NCBI GenBank assembly: GCA_963799485.1
Contig: CAWCXJ010000012.1
Location: 96,001-160,000 of the forward strand
Reading direction: 5' to 3'
Source of the DNA: an uncultured Trueperaceae bacterium
GTDB taxonomy: Bacteria > Deinococcota > Deinococci > Deinococcales > Trueperaceae
Length of the DNA stretch: 64,000 nucleotides
Shown here one piece after another: positions 63,372 to 64,000 of this stretch (position 1 is its first letter; the number at the start of each line of letters is the position of its first letter). Made by a program: the position numbers and the translations under genes. The notes below the pieces were generated by a model, which was given only the letters and a program-made list of their open reading frames with translations, was not told where the DNA came from and did not search any database.

Positions 63372-63581
63372 AGGCCCAGGCTCGTGAAAAAACGCCCGCC
63401 GAATTGTTCACCTGCCGCCGCGCCACGTCACCGTAAACCCGGTCGAGAAGTCGGGACGGGGCACGGTGTCGGCGTCGATGTCTCGGTAACTGAACGCCCC
63501 CTTGGGGGCGGCCCAGCCCCCGCAGCCGCTATATCCGACTGGTGCGGTAAACGCGTCACTGTGAACTTTCGGCGCAGCTAA

Positions 63582-64000
63582 ATGGATTTTTATCTGCTCG
63601 TCGCCAGCCTGCTCGTCGTCGCCGCCGTTCTGAGTACCCGCGCCACCCAGCGTTTCGGTTTACCGGCGCTCGTACTTTTTGTCGCTATCGGGATGCTGGC
63701 CGGGAGCAGCGGGCTCGGACGGATTCGTTTCGACGACTACGCGCTCAGCCTCGAGGTCGGTCTGGTCGCGCTGGCGATCATCTTGTTCAGCGGCGGTCTA
63801 GACACCCGGATGCGGCTCTTTCGGGCGTCTTTGGCACCGGCTCTCAGCCTTTCGACGGTAGGTGTCGTGATTACGATGGGGGTGGTGGGCGGCGCGGCCT
63901 GGCTGCTCACGCCGCTCGGCTTCGTGCAGAGCCTTTTGCTGGGCGCGGTACTCGCCCCGACCGACGCCGCCGCCACCTTCAGCGTCTTAAAAGGGCGCGG
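63582..64000 (+). CDS. K+/H+ antiporter, NhaP2/CvrA type (runs off window edge)
   Basis: Hand translation: RFGLPALVLFVAIGMLAG...ALAIILFSGGL...PTDAAATFSVL. Confidence 0.85.
   Translation, partial: MDFYLLVASLLVVAAVLSTRATQRFGLPALVLFVAIGMLAGSSGLGRIRFDDYALSLEVGLVALAIILFSGGLDTRMRLFRASLAPALSLSTVGVVITMGVVGGAAWLLTPLGFVQSLLLGAVLAPTDAAATFSVLKGR

Overview
A roughly 60% GC bacterial chromosome segment. Gene content, many leaderless TANNNT-N6/7-start promoters and protein style suggest Deinococcota (Truepera-like); this is inference. Ordinary genes include EfeO/FTR1-type iron uptake, proline catabolism, a P450 with a Crp/Fnr regulator, a peptide ABC transporter, nagA, a class II photolyase, citrate synthase, a 2-oxoacid dehydrogenase operon and a K+/H+ antiporter. 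The main candidate system is a three-gene secreted DUF11-domain operon (25.5-37.9 kb) with split-domain architecture. Gene A has an N-terminal orphan 'NxAxATY...SNxVTT' strand pair and a C-terminal DUF11 domain lacking exactly those strands. Gene B has the same N-terminal strands plus a C-terminal outer-membrane barrel-like region. Gene C has an adhesin-like N-terminus and only the truncated C-terminal domain. This fits a donor-strand-complemented, possibly isopeptide-crosslinked fibre (shaft, base, tip). A second candidate is a signalling island (49-58 kb): a KaiC-like ATPase, two paralogous PAS-LuxR regulators, a GGDEF protein and an acyl-ACP desaturase, with four copies of a TAGGGGT-N4-ACCCCTA-like palindrome. 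Also seen: a promoter/14-aa peptide/terminator unit next to a cupin-HD-GYP gene, strong CTCGAG over-representation, and about seven single-base frameshifts that may be sequencing errors. No rRNA, tRNA, CRISPR array or transposase was recognised. All family assignments are by eye from motifs; no database search was run.
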